Origin: PVC group bacterium
Lineage (GTDB): Bacteria; Auribacterota; Erginobacteria; Erginobacterales; Erginobacteraceae
Assembly: GCA_043804695.1 (NCBI GenBank)
Contig: JAZDIV010000043.1
Span: forward strand, 12,736-76,735
Reading direction: 5' to 3'
Length of the DNA stretch: 64,000 bases
Part shown: positions 46,235 through 57,349 of the stretch, piece by piece
Layout of the letters: each line of letters starts with the position of its first letter
Numbering within the stretch: position 1 is the stretch's first letter
Notes under the pieces: generated by a model
Told to the model about the DNA's origin: nothing
Seen by the model: only the letters and a program-made list of their open reading frames with translations
Database searches by the model: none
Translations under genes and position numbers: made by a program

Positions 46235-48089
46235 GCAAAAAGCAGCCTTATTACTTTTTGGACTGCTGTTGGGGCTCATACTCCTGGAAATAGGTCTGCG
46301 GGGCGCCGGATTTGTTCTCCTTTACCTCCAGGAACGAGATAACCGACAATCCCTGCAAGATAAGAGCGAATATGTCATCCTCTGTCTAGGGGAATCAACA
46401 ACGGCAGTTGGAGGAAAAGACTCTTACCCGAAACAGCTCGATAACATCCTGAATGATAGAGGCGTGGGGAAAAAGGTTACCGTAGTAAATAAAGGGGTTA
46501 TCGGTACCAATACCACTGCAATCGTTTCCCGATTGGCGGATTGTCTTAATACATACCAACCCGACATGGTGATTACCATGATGGGTATCAATGAAGGGTT
46601 GGGAACAACCAACATTGAAAATCGCGCAGATGCGGACACTGGCTTCTTTCTCAGGAATTTTCGCGTGTATAAGCTGCTTCGACTCCTCTGGGACCGTGTT
46701 TTTTTCAACATTAAGCTGGCAGAAACGGCCCGGCAAAGAAAAAAGGAAGTGGAAGAAATCCTTACGCTCGCTGAAACGGCGATCATCGGAAATGAATTGA
46801 GCCAGACTCGAACAAACTTTGACATTTTTTCAGAAGAAGTCGCGGCGATTATTGAAAAAGGGGACCGGTATTTTGACCAGGATAAATGGGAGGAAGCAGT
46901 CCCCTTCTACCGGAAAGCGCTCGAGTCAAACCCGGAAAATACTGCAATCCTCAGCAGGCTGGCAGCCTGCCTTCGAGAGCTGCAGCGGTTTAGAGAAGAC
47001 AGGGAAATACTCCGGCAAGTGCTGTTGGTCGATCCTCAAAATCCGGACGTTTATATAGAACTGGGAAACTCATTTCGGAACCAGCAAGGATGGGAAGCAG
47101 CCGAGGTGTTTTATCGGAAAGCCCTCGCATTATCCCCGGACTTTGCCCAGGCTTATCTGGAATGGGGTCGATCATACAAGATGCAGGGAGATAGGAATAG
47201 AGCGGTGGAAATGTTCACAGAAGCAATGGAGCGCGACCCGGAAGATCTTTCCATCTATATGCAGTTAGCACACTATCATGATACGCTTGGCAACTATGAC
47301 GAAGCCGAAAAAACGTTTAAAAAGGCCCTGGAACGCGATCCAAATTTTGCTGGTTGCTACGCTCAATTGGGACGTTTTTACGCTTGGCGGGGAAGAAATA
47401 AAGAAGCCGAAATAATGTGCAAAAAAGCGATCGAGCTCCACCCGGAGAATGAACTGGCCTATGCTGAATTAGGAGATATATACACAGCCCGAGGATGGCT
47501 TGAGAAGGCCGAAGAAATGTATCAAAAAGCGCTGGACATTAATCCTCTGAACAACATTGCCTTCCGTATTCTGGTCTTATGGTGCATCCGGGACGGGAGG
47601 TTTGAAAAGGCGGGAAAGTTGTGCAAAAAAATCCTTGAGATTAATCCTCAAGATGATAGGGCTCTCGGTATGCTGGCTATCTGTTATCAGTCACAGGGGA
47701 AAACAGAGCTGGCTGAACAATATTTCAAGAAAGCACATGGCTTGAGAGCACAATGTGTTAATTCAACCATCGCCGGAAATTATCAAAAAGCAAGAAAGCT
47801 GGTCACGGAAAGAGGAGTACAACTGGTCTGCGTGCAGTATCCGATGCGCAATGTGGAGAATCTAAAACGGATCTTCCCGGAACCGGAAGGGATCATTTTC
47901 GTTGACAATGAAGATGTTTTCAAAAGTGCGCTGCAGGAGGGGAGTTACGGAGATTATTTTACCGATTGCTTCGCCGGCGATTTCGGGCACTGTACACCCG
48001 CCGGCAACCATCTTTTAGCCGAAAATATTGCCGATACCATCCTTCCCGCCATTGAACAAAAGAAGGAGCCGGGCCCCGGGAGAAATTAA
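46218..48089 (+). CDS. Membrane-anchored SGNH-like protein with inserted TPR array
   Basis: N-terminal TM, CLGESTT, NKGVIG, MMGINE, multiple TPRs, C-terminal DFGHCTPAGN; GTG 46218 preferred over 46164. Confidence 0.75.
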   Translation: MKTTVKQKAALLLFGLLLGLILLEIGLRGAGFVLLYLQERDNRQSLQDKSEYVILCLGESTTAVGGKDSYPKQLDNILNDRGVGKKVTVVNKGVIGTNTTAIVSRLADCLNTYQPDMVITMMGINEGLGTTNIENRADADTGFFLRNFRVYKLLRLLWDRVFFNIKLAETARQRKKEVEEILTLAETAIIGNELSQTRTNFDIFSEEVAAIIEKGDRYFDQDKWEEAVPFYRKALESNPENTAILSRLAACLRELQRFREDREILRQVLLVDPQNPDVYIELGNSFRNQQGWEAAEVFYRKALALSPDFAQAYLEWGRSYKMQGDRNRAVEMFTEAMERDPEDLSIYMQLAHYHDTLGNYDEAEKTFKKALERDPNFAGCYAQLGRFYAWRGRNKEAEIMCKKAIELHPENELAYAELGDIYTARGWLEKAEEMYQKALDINPLNNIAFRILVLWCIRDGRFEKAGKLCKKILEINPQDDRALGMLAICYQSQGKTELAEQYFKKAHGLRAQCVNSTIAGNYQKARKLVTERGVQLVCVQYPMRNVENLKRIFPEPEGIIFVDNEDVFKSALQEGSYGDYFTDCFAGDFGHCTPAGNHLLAENIADTILPAIEQKKEPGPGRN

Positions 48090-48111
48090 TTGCAGACCGT
48101 CCGGTGTGTAT

Positions 48112-50679
48112 CTACGGGCGTTGCTTTCCGATACCCCGCTGCCTGTCCCGGAAACCCTTCCTGGCCCCCCACCCCAGTAAACCCAGGATTACCATGCCCC
48201 AGGAGATCGCGGAGATTACCGCTCCGATCTTCCAGGAAGGTGGACTGAAAACCAGATTAATATGGTGCGTTCCTTCTTCAAGCCAGACCCCTCTCTGGAG
48301 ATAGTTTACCCGATAGAGGGGGACCGGCTCTCCATCTACCCGCGCTTCCCACCCGGGATACCAGACTTCGGTTAGGACCAGCATGGCCGGCCGGGTTATC
48401 TCCACATCGATTTCCATCCGGTTCGGGTTGCTGAAATTCAGGCGGGTGATGGGGTTCGCGGCCTGGAGTTCGTTGAAGTGCTTGATGGATGCGGGATCCC
48501 GATTAAAAGAAGGGTAATCAGTAATCAGTGACTGGTAATCAGTTTGCCCCCCCCGATCACTGATTACTGATAACCGATTACTGCCCTCTGATAACTGATT
48601 ACTCTCATCAATAAATACTCCCTTCCTCAAGTCCCCCTTCACCAGTTCCTCCATCGCCTCATCTTCCGAACATCTGACAACCCGGTCCAGGGTAAAGGCC
48701 CGGGGAAGAACTCCGGGATTGCGATGGAGATAAAAATCCGGTCTTGTTTCGATCTTTTCGGTCCTGCCGCCCGGAAAGGGGGTAGCGGGCCGGGAATCGA
48801 GAAGGCAGCCCACGGACATATTGCTTAAGAAATCCGGATGGATCGGGCGGGGAAACTCCCAGTAAAGCGGCCAGTCAACCGGGCGCCCATACGTTTCTTC
48901 GAACGCCTTCCTGAACCGCCTTTCCAGCGGCTTCATATCGTAGCCCATAAAAGCGAAGCTGCCTTCCAGGTAGGCAAAGTTATCGTGGAAAGGCTGGTCG
49001 GTCGCCCAGCGGAGCGAAGAGTCGTCTCGGAGCGCGGCCAGCGTCCCCAGCACTCTTTGCACCATCGGGTGAGACCGGGGGCCAAGACTCCGGCGGTGCT
49101 CGGGCCGGGGATCATGAAAGCGAAAGGTGCAGAAGTAAAATGCCGCGAACGTGAAGATCGATGCCTCCAAAATAACCAGCGCGGCCACCACAATTGCCCG
49201 GGGCATTCCCCGCAAACCCCGCCAAGTTAAAACAAGAATACAACCGGCCGCGACAAAGTAGAGGACCGGGCCTTTGATAAACCATTCCAGGTTGTCCCGG
49301 CGGATGATTTCATTCAAGCCGGGCAAAGAAAAACTCCCGCTCAACCAGCCCCGGACCCCGTCGTAACCGAAGAGCGCCAGAAGGCTGGAGATAAAAGCCA
49401 GAGCGAGGTACCCGCAAATAAGTTTTCGGGGCCAGCCCGTTGAAGCCCATTTGCCCGAGATCAGGTATTCCATCCCCAGACCAGCCAGCCAAGAGGTGGC
49501 GATCACCTGCAACAGCCGGTAGCGGATGGGGAAGGGAAACAGCGAGAGGATCGGAACCCCTTTATAGAAAAGATAATAAAACGGGGCATGCCTTCCCAGC
49601 ATCAACAGCACGGAAAATATCCAGAGCAAACATGCAAATATTGCCCAGAATCGCAGTCTCCGGTGTCGGGCGCGTTTTACGACCAGGAGAACGCCGGCCA
49701 GGGCGAGAAAGGTGAGCAGCAGCCCCCCACCCAGGTTGGCGTCCCAGAACCGGACCCCCTGGGTAATCGAGTCCACCCAGTTGCGGTTATTGAGACCGCT
49801 TACGGTCCCGAAGAGATCGGGGATGAAGATGGTCGCCAAGTAGATCGGGGGCATCGAGCCGTCTCCGCCGGTCATCGCCTCATAGGTCTCCTCCAGATGC
49901 AGCTCGGTATGAGCCGACCCGTCGAGGGCCGAAACCCAGAAGACAGCGGAGAGGGCCAACCCGAGCAATACCGCTCCTCCCAGCTGGAGTGGAGCCCGGA
50001 AGAAACGAAGTTTTTTCTTCCCCCTGAGCCAGCGAAGCCCCAGCCCCAGGGCAAGCAACCCGCCCAGGAGGAGACCGTAGCCGACGTGGGGCGGCTGGGC
50101 AGCCAGCAGCATCAGGGCGAAGATACAGCCGCCGGCGGCGACCCTGCCGAAGCCGGCCCCTCGGTCCATCAGGACCACCGCCAGCAGGAACCAGGGGAGC
50201 CAGGCCTGGACGTTCACCACCGGGGGCCAGACATAAGAGTAGGAGAAGGCGGGGCTGAAAAGATACACCCAGGCGGCGATGAAAGCGGGGAAAGGACGCA
50301 GCCGAATCCCGAGGCGGGCCAGGGCATACATCCCGATGGCGGCCAGGGCGTAATGAAGAAGCAGCGGGATCAGACTGATTACGAGATAGGCCTGGTCGAG
50401 ATCATCAAGGCGGCTGAGGAGGAGAAAGGGCCAGAGCGGCAGGTAGTAAGTATCGGCATAGAAGCGGGCATAAAATGGCTTGGCCCCGCACCAGGTTTCA
50501 CTATCCCAGAGCGGGATCACACCGCTCTTCATATGGCGGGCCAGGTAATACTGCCAGGGGAAGACGTCCATCGCCACGTCATCGTGAAATATCCCCCGCC
50601 AGCCGATCAGGGCGGGCAGAAAGAGCGCCCATACGGCCAGGAAGAGGAAAATTACGGCTATGAGATCAGCTTTCTTCAT
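48112..50679 (-). CDS. YfhO-like GT-C membrane protein (family D)
   Basis: IFHDD, GVIPLWD..CGAKP, FPIRYR, LPRAF, LVLTEVWYPGWEARVDG..RVNYLQRGV. Confidence 0.8.
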   Translation of the reverse strand: MKKADLIAVIFLFLAVWALFLPALIGWRGIFHDDVAMDVFPWQYYLARHMKSGVIPLWDSETWCGAKPFYARFYADTYYLPLWPFLLLSRLDDLDQAYLVISLIPLLLHYALAAIGMYALARLGIRLRPFPAFIAAWVYLFSPAFSYSYVWPPVVNVQAWLPWFLLAVVLMDRGAGFGRVAAGGCIFALMLLAAQPPHVGYGLLLGGLLALGLGLRWLRGKKKLRFFRAPLQLGGAVLLGLALSAVFWVSALDGSAHTELHLEETYEAMTGGDGSMPPIYLATIFIPDLFGTVSGLNNRNWVDSITQGVRFWDANLGGGLLLTFLALAGVLLVVKRARHRRLRFWAIFACLLWIFSVLLMLGRHAPFYYLFYKGVPILSLFPFPIRYRLLQVIATSWLAGLGMEYLISGKWASTGWPRKLICGYLALAFISSLLALFGYDGVRGWLSGSFSLPGLNEIIRRDNLEWFIKGPVLYFVAAGCILVLTWRGLRGMPRAIVVAALVILEASIFTFAAFYFCTFRFHDPRPEHRRSLGPRSHPMVQRVLGTLAALRDDSSLRWATDQPFHDNFAYLEGSFAFMGYDMKPLERRFRKAFEETYGRPVDWPLYWEFPRPIHPDFLSNMSVGCLLDSRPATPFPGGRTEKIETRPDFYLHRNPGVLPRAFTLDRVVRCSEDEAMEELVKGDLRKGVFIDESNQLSEGSNRLSVISDRGGQTDYQSLITDYPSFNRDPASIKHFNELQAANPITRLNFSNPNRMEIDVEITRPAMLVLTEVWYPGWEARVDGEPVPLYRVNYLQRGVWLEEGTHHINLVFSPPSWKIGAVISAISWGMVILGLLGWGARKGFRDRQRGIGKQRP

Positions 50680-50785
50680 TATAAATTAGCGAGCTTCGCT
50701 CGCTAATTTAGGTTAAATTTTTTCGTTTTGTTCACTATTGGTGATATCTATATCAATCACCGCATCGCTTGGTTTTCAGCTCGGA

Positions 50786-53263
50786 TCATTGCCGGCGGCG
50801 AGAACGGAACGACAGCCGGATCAGCCCGAGCAGGGCCAGGAGTCCCGCGCCGGTCATCGCCAGCCCCGGTCCGATTGAAGACGGCCGGAACGCCATCTCG
50901 ATCCGGCACTCCCCGGGCGGGCACCAGATCCCCCTCTGGAGGTAATTTACCCGGTGAACAGGGACCGGTTCCCCGTTCAAGGTCGCCCGCCAATCCGGAT
51001 GGTAAACATCGGTCATCACCAGCATAGCCGGAGTCGAACTTTCCGCGTCGATCACTACCCGGTTGGGGTTGGAGAGATCGAGAGCGGTCACCCTGTTCTT
51101 TTCCTGCAGGCGTAAAAAATTCTCTTCCCCATCTGCTTCGTTCCCATCCCTTGGCACCGGATAGCTATCCGGCGAGGGGCGGGCGGCCCAGGTTTCCGGG
51201 TCGCACCAACCGATACTCCGAAGATCGGAATTGAGGAGGGCTTCTCTCTGTTCCTCTTCGGCGGCGGGGCGCCAGCGATCCTGGAAATAAATCCGGGGCA
51301 ACGCACCGATTGCTTCGCAACCGAAATCGCCGTTGATCATTTTTCTATATTCCAAATGGGGATAATTCAATCGGGCGGACGACAGGAAATAACGCGCGCT
51401 CATATTCAGCCAGAACCGCGAACCCCATTTTCTGACCTTGAGTTCGTAAGGAAACCCCTCCGTCAACTCCTCGACGATCTCCTGGAAACGAGGGTCAAGA
51501 GGCTTGATATCAAACCCCAGCATCGAGAGCGAGTCGTCCCGCCAGGCCAGGTTATCGAAGTAGGACCGGTAGTAGAGCCTCCGGTAGAGGCCGCCTTCCC
51601 CTTCCCCCTCCGGTTGCCAGTTGAGAATTTTTTGGTAAATCGGGTCTTCGTCCGGTCCGATATATCGCTCGGCGTACATATCCCGGTAGCGGTGGTTGAG
51701 GACCCGGTTGTGATAAAACGCCCGGTAGGAGAAGAAGATCAGTTCCCCCGCCGCCGTTACGATGAGAAGGGTTCGCAGGTACTTTCCGCCCCTGACCCCG
51801 GCGATCAGAAGCAGCTAGCACGCCCCCAGAATCAGGTATAAGACCGGCCCGCGGATAAACCAGGGCCAATCCCCGAGCGCCGTCAATTGCCGGAATCCGG
51901 GCGAGAATAAATTACCCCTGATATCGGAATAAGGGGATACGAGAGCCAGACCGGCCAGCAGGAGAACGAAAAGCAGATAGATAACCGCCGGGCGGATCAA
52001 CCGCGGCGGGCGATAGCGAGCCATAAGTTCGACCGAGACCCCGAGCAGGCCGGCCAGGGCGAAACACTCGATGCTCCGGAAGCGAACCGGATAAGGCATC
52101 CGGAGAACCGGGATCAGAACCCGGAAAAAGCCGTAAGCCGGGGTGTATCTTCCCAGGATCACCAGAACCCCGAAGATGAAGATGGCGAAAAAGCCCCACC
52201 AGTACTGCCGGAGAGAGCGGCCCCTTTCGTCGCCTCCCTTTCGCCCCGGGAAGCTGAGAAAGCCGGCGAAAACCAGGAATAAAAGGAACAGACCTCCCAG
52301 CAGATTAGCGTCGTTCAGGGTGAGGTTCATCCGGTGAGCCGCCCCCCAGGTATGGTGGCTGGTCACCCCCCCGAAGTAATCGGGGAGGAAGAGGGTGACC
52401 AGGTAAAGGGGGGGCATACTCTGGGCCAGCCTCGACAGCTCCTCGACCGCCTCTCCCGTCTCCACCCCCAGCATCCGAAGCCCGGAGATCATATTCCCCC
52501 AGTAAACCCCGGCCAGGAGAAAACCGATCCCGAAGAAGGCGATCCCTCCCCCGGCGACGCGCCAGACTACCTTCCAATCCTTCCTCTTCAGGCCCGGGAT
52601 AACCAGAGTCAGACCGAAGAGAGCGGTAATGAAGAGCAGGTGCGCCAATACCGGGACATCGCCGGACGGGGAGACCAGGGCGAAGGCCCCCGCACCCAGG
52701 ATCAGCCATCGGTACCGGCCGCTTTTCGCGAACCGGATCAGGCAGAGACAGAAGAGCGGGAGCCAGGCCTGGATCAGGACTTCCGGGGGGCAGAGCGAGA
52801 AATAGATCATCGCCGGGCTGAGTGTGTAAGCGAGGGAGAAGAGGAACGATCCCGGCCGGCCGAGTTCGAGTCCGCGCCGGCAGAAGAGATAGGAAAACCA
52901 GGCGGAGAGGAGATACGAAACCGTCAGGGGGAGCTTTATCAGCCAGAGATAATCGCGGACCGGATCGAGACCTCCCAGAATAAGAAAAATCCAGTTAATG
53001 GGAGCGAGCGCACTCTGGAAAGGATGGGCGTAAAAAGGGCTCGCCCCCGCCGTCAGGTGCGGGTTCCACCAGGGGATAATCCCCCGGACCAGGGCCCGGG
53101 AGAGAAACGACTGCTGGGGGTAGAAAAAAAACGCTATATCATCGAAGAAAAACTTCTCCCAGCCGGCCAGCAGGGGCAGGAAAAAGAGAGTTAGCAGCAT
53201 CGTTAGGACAACAAAAGGAGGCCAGCGGCAAGAGATCTTTTGTTGTCCTTGGTCATTATTCAT
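50786..53263 (-). pseudogene. YfhO-like GT-C gene (family D) split by one in-frame TAG at 51815-51817
   Basis: ORFs 51815-53263 and 50786-51679 share a frame; the gap is open (GAC*LLLIAG..FFSYRAFY) and collinear with the 855-aa paralog. Confidence 0.75.
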
Positions 53264-55313
53264 AAAAACCTAATTCGGAGAGCGCCAGGAAGTAATCCCG
53301 ACTGTTGTCCGGATTGTTTACCAGGTAAAGCTTATAGAATCGATACGATCGATCCGGAGTAATGTTCCAATAAATCCACTCGTTGAGATTCGGATTGCGC
53401 GGACCTTCCAGGAGAGATACCGGCTCCCAATTGAGTCGATCCCGGCTTCCCAGTAGCAGTCCTCTTTTTAGAAATGCCTGAGGATTGTGGGGGGCGGGCA
53501 AGGCCGCCACGGTACGAACTCGGACAGCCCCTTCCCGCCCCAGATCGACTTCCAGCCAGGACGGGCGGGTAACAAAATCCTCCAAGACCAGGATATGCCA
53601 GATTGTGTCATAATTATCATCGATCAGATTCTCGGCTCCCAGACCCGGCCCGTTCTGATCGGAGACTCTCAGACAAACATCGCGAGCCGACAGAAGATTA
53701 CCGGGTTTTTGGTCAGGAATTATTTGATCAGCTGCCTGAATCGGTTGGGCTGTCCCGACCTCCTTTTCCAGCCGATCAATGGTCCGGAACAGCCAGGAAT
53801 ATTCCATTTCCGCAAAGAACCAGTAGGAGCGGCGGGGATAATTTTTCCTTAATTCCTCCAATACCCCCGGCTGATCCCGATTCTTCCAGATGTCCATAAC
53901 CATCTGTCGGGTCAGGTCGATCCCATCATTCTCCATCCTGGCGGTATGTGGATATAGCACTCCGATAGGGCGTCCGTGATCAAGATACCAGGAACGGCCG
54001 AGCACGATAAAATTATACCCGCTGAGCAGAAGAAGGAATATAAAAATAACCAGGCCGATCGGCTGATACCGTTTTTTCCGGGAAGGAAGAATCAAGGCGA
54101 CCAATATTACCCAGAATACCGGGAAAAGCGTTCCGTAATAATAGCTTGATCGAACTGTTTTCCCTTTCTTGGTGAGAAGCATCGTTTCAAAGATAAAGAA
54201 TAAAATGATCACCAGAAATACCCGGACAATTATTTTTTTCCTGGCTGAAGAAGCCCGGGAAAACATCAGCAGGAAATACCCCCCAAAAAAGGTGGGAATC
54301 AAAACGCTCAACGCGGATATTTCCAGATCCCCCGATGAGATTCTGATACTGATATAGTCAAAAAGAATGTTCCGGGCGTTAATCAGAATATTTAGCGGGA
54401 CAAACTTTGCCCACACTCCGTATTCAGGATCGCCAAACGGATGGAGCTCGCACTGCCAGAAATTGAAATTTCCGAAACCCAAATTTTCGATTATTCGGGG
54501 AGCAGGCCAGGTCACAAAAAGAACAAAAATTACCGGTATCAAGCAGTAAGAGAAAATCCTCAACCATCTCGGCGGCCGGGAAAACAATAGAGCGGGGAAT
54601 AAAACCGGTACCGCGATAAAAATGAACCAGAAGGATTCATCAAGAAAGAATGACATGAAAATACTTGATACCAGCAATAAGAACCACCCGGTATTTTTTC
54701 CCTCCCGATCATTCCCCCGGCAGGAAACGATAACAGAAGCGCAATAAAGGCAAAAAATAGCGGCAAAACGGGAGAGAGGTTTCCCGGGATGAAAAAACAT
54801 CACGATCCCGGAAAGAAAACCGGTGGATAAATAATAAAGTGATATCCCCATCCAGGCGGAAATCCTGTTCCGGCTGAGATTATAGATGAGTTTCCAGAGG
54901 AAAATAGGGCTAAGCAATAGGCTGAAAACCCAGGTTAGAGACAAACTAAGGAGCGGCGGAAAATTCTGAAAAAAACAGTTTCTGAATTTCAGATCCACAA
55001 CCGTCCATACATAAGATAGGAAACGGGTACGCATGGCCCCGTCAAAACTCCAGAAATCAAAGCCCCGCAAAAGATCTTCGGCAACCAGGTCGTGCCGGTT
55101 ACCGAGCGCGATGGGGAGGTGGCGGCTGACCGTCTCCGGGTGAACCCAGGTCAGATTTGGCTCAGAGAGACAATAAACCACAAACAGCACCGAGAGGATA
55201 AAGATGAGAATATAAATTCCGGGGTGGGCGACGCCAGGATATTTTTTATCGAATATGTCTTTACCGCCGGTACCGGCGATATTGGTATGAGATAGATTTG
55301 ATTTCACGACCAA
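53256..55313 (-). CDS. Polytopic membrane protein (family C) with C-terminal discoidin/F5-8C-like domain
   Basis: WVHPE, FFHPGKPL, LDESFW, SYYYG; AENLIDDNYDTIWH, WLEVDLG, YRFYKL, LSEL. Confidence 0.65.
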   Translation of the reverse strand: MVVKSNLSHTNIAGTGGKDIFDKKYPGVAHPGIYILIFILSVLFVVYCLSEPNLTWVHPETVSRHLPIALGNRHDLVAEDLLRGFDFWSFDGAMRTRFLSYVWTVVDLKFRNCFFQNFPPLLSLSLTWVFSLLLSPIFLWKLIYNLSRNRISAWMGISLYYLSTGFLSGIVMFFHPGKPLSRFAAIFCLYCASVIVSCRGNDREGKNTGWFLLLVSSIFMSFFLDESFWFIFIAVPVLFPALLFSRPPRWLRIFSYCLIPVIFVLFVTWPAPRIIENLGFGNFNFWQCELHPFGDPEYGVWAKFVPLNILINARNILFDYISIRISSGDLEISALSVLIPTFFGGYFLLMFSRASSARKKIIVRVFLVIILFFIFETMLLTKKGKTVRSSYYYGTLFPVFWVILVALILPSRKKRYQPIGLVIFIFLLLLSGYNFIVLGRSWYLDHGRPIGVLYPHTARMENDGIDLTRQMVMDIWKNRDQPGVLEELRKNYPRRSYWFFAEMEYSWLFRTIDRLEKEVGTAQPIQAADQIIPDQKPGNLLSARDVCLRVSDQNGPGLGAENLIDDNYDTIWHILVLEDFVTRPSWLEVDLGREGAVRVRTVAALPAPHNPQAFLKRGLLLGSRDRLNWEPVSLLEGPRNPNLNEWIYWNITPDRSYRFYKLYLVNNPDNSRDYFLALSELGFYE

Positions 55314-55329
55314 AAATCAGGTGAAATAG

Positions 55330-56748
55330 TCAGAAACGCAGTCGGGGAAGTTTCAGGACTCCCCATCCCGTTTCCAGAATCCAGCGCAGTTCTCCCCAAG
55401 AGCGGGCTGAGCGCAGAATTCTCCAGATTGTGAGAGGGCGCCCGTAGAAACGCCGGTAGGCCCGCCGATAAGCGGAAGTCACCTCGGTAGGATTCATTCC
55501 CGGCAGGTTGAAGCGGGCCTGACTTCCGTAAAAACCCAGGGTAATCAAATCATCCAGATTAAAGAAAAGTTCTCCCTCTCTAACAATCTCTTCATACGCT
55601 TCAGTCCCGGGCAACGGAATCATACACGTGAAGTTGGCAATGTCCGGGTCCATCCTCAGGGCGAATTCAATCGTGTCATCCATGGTCTCTCGATTATCGT
55701 GGGGAAGCCCCAGGATGAAATTACCATATACCAAAATACCTCTTTTCCGGGCCCAGTTACTTACTTTCAAAACCGCTTCCAGGTCCAGATTTTTCCTGAT
55801 TTGTTTCTGCATCGCCTGATTCCCGCTTTCGACTCCGATGGAAATCTTAAAAACTCCTGCTTTCTTCATGATCTGGATAAGTTCTTCGTCACAACAATCC
55901 GCCCGGATTCCATTCTGAATATTGATAGCCAGTTTAAAAGAGCGCAACCGGGTGAAAAGTTCTTTTGACCAGTCGAGCTTAACCCCCAGAGCGTCGTCCA
56001 GGAAATCGATCTGCCTGACGCCGAATTTTGCCACCAGAGTCTCGACTTCTTTAATCACTCGATCGACCGAATGGAAGCGGTAGCGGGTCCCGAATATGCT
56101 CTTATTGCAGAAAACGCATTGAAAAGGACAACCCCGGCTGGTAAAGATGGCGCCAACCGGACGTCGCCGGGACCGGCTCTTATATAGTTTCAAAGGGGGG
56201 AGAAGGTCCCAGGCGGGCAGCGGAAGCGAATCGATATCATCGATCAAGGGGCGGGGGTTCTCTGCCTTGATTTCCCCGTTCTCCATCCTCCATTGGCAGC
56301 CTCTGATCCCCAGAAAAGGAGTGGTCGCCCGATTTTCCTCTTTTTGGAGAATTTCCAGGAGCGTCTCTTCTCCCTCTCCGATCACGACCGCCGAAACAGC
56401 CGGATCTTTCAGACAAAATTCCGGCCTGGCGGAAGGGAAAGGACCTCCGAACAGGATATGGCCGCGGTAGCCTTTCCCCCGGATTAAGCGGGCAAGGGAG
56501 ATGCCGGAGCGGTGGGTGATAATATTGGTGGAAAAACCGACAAAACGCGGATTACGGGAGATAATAAATTTCGCCACGGCTTCCTCCGACATCCGGAGGA
56601 TATTGCTATCCAGCAAACCGACTGAAAAACCCTGAGAGCGGACATAGGCAGCCAAATAAGCAAGCCCCAGAGGAGGTTCAACCGTAGCCTCATTGATTCC
56701 GGAAGCCCGGACTGGAAATGGATTAACCAACAAAATATCCACAGACAA
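55330..56748 (-). CDS. B12-binding (class B) radical SAM protein
   Basis: EPPLGLAYLAA, GGPFPS, GEGEET, TSRGCPFQCVFC, GVESG. Confidence 0.92.
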   Translation of the reverse strand: MSVDILLVNPFPVRASGINEATVEPPLGLAYLAAYVRSQGFSVGLLDSNILRMSEEAVAKFIISRNPRFVGFSTNIITHRSGISLARLIRGKGYRGHILFGGPFPSARPEFCLKDPAVSAVVIGEGEETLLEILQKEENRATTPFLGIRGCQWRMENGEIKAENPRPLIDDIDSLPLPAWDLLPPLKLYKSRSRRRPVGAIFTSRGCPFQCVFCNKSIFGTRYRFHSVDRVIKEVETLVAKFGVRQIDFLDDALGVKLDWSKELFTRLRSFKLAINIQNGIRADCCDEELIQIMKKAGVFKISIGVESGNQAMQKQIRKNLDLEAVLKVSNWARKRGILVYGNFILGLPHDNRETMDDTIEFALRMDPDIANFTCMIPLPGTEAYEEIVREGELFFNLDDLITLGFYGSQARFNLPGMNPTEVTSAYRRAYRRFYGRPLTIWRILRSARSWGELRWILETGWGVLKLPRLRF

Positions 56749-57349
56749 ACTCCCTTCTCATCCTTCCGGCTTATTTAATACCCGGTGGCTGGGTGAGACG
56801 CAAATTACGGAATCGCTCGAAAATAATTCCTCAGCCAAAAACGTAAACCATCAGTGACAACCCGGGATTTTGATTTCCCCCCGGCCCGGACAAGTTCATT
56901 ATTAGGAACCTCAATAATATTTCTTCATCCCAGTCTATGTCTATCACTATACGGGAAATCAAAAGACGGATCAATTGTACTTTCCCTTCTCGACCAAACG
57001 GCTGATCGGCTTGGGCAAACGGGGAGAAAATTTCCCCGAAAATTCGTGAATTTTATCTCGCAGGGGGTTCGCGATTTTGCTAACATTTATTCCGTGCCTC
57101 CTGTGGTTACCGGGCTGTTTCTCTCCAAACACACTCTACCATAGCACAGGCCGCATTGCTACTTGGGGTTTTTACAATCCGTTTGCCGTATAAACATTTA
57201 GATTATTCAGGCGTAAAAACCGGGAAAGTCCGAGAATATATTCTCGGACAGAATCAAGTCCTGCCCAACAATTTTATGGAGGTTGGCGGCGGGAGAGAAC
57301 GATGGAACTGATGTGTAATCATTTGCAGACTGCAATCTCGGGATAACCT

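Noticed and set aside
56749..57349. 600-bp gap as possible RiPP precursor locus for the radical SAM enzymes
   Set aside because: No convincing small ORF with RBS; most simply a divergent promoter region
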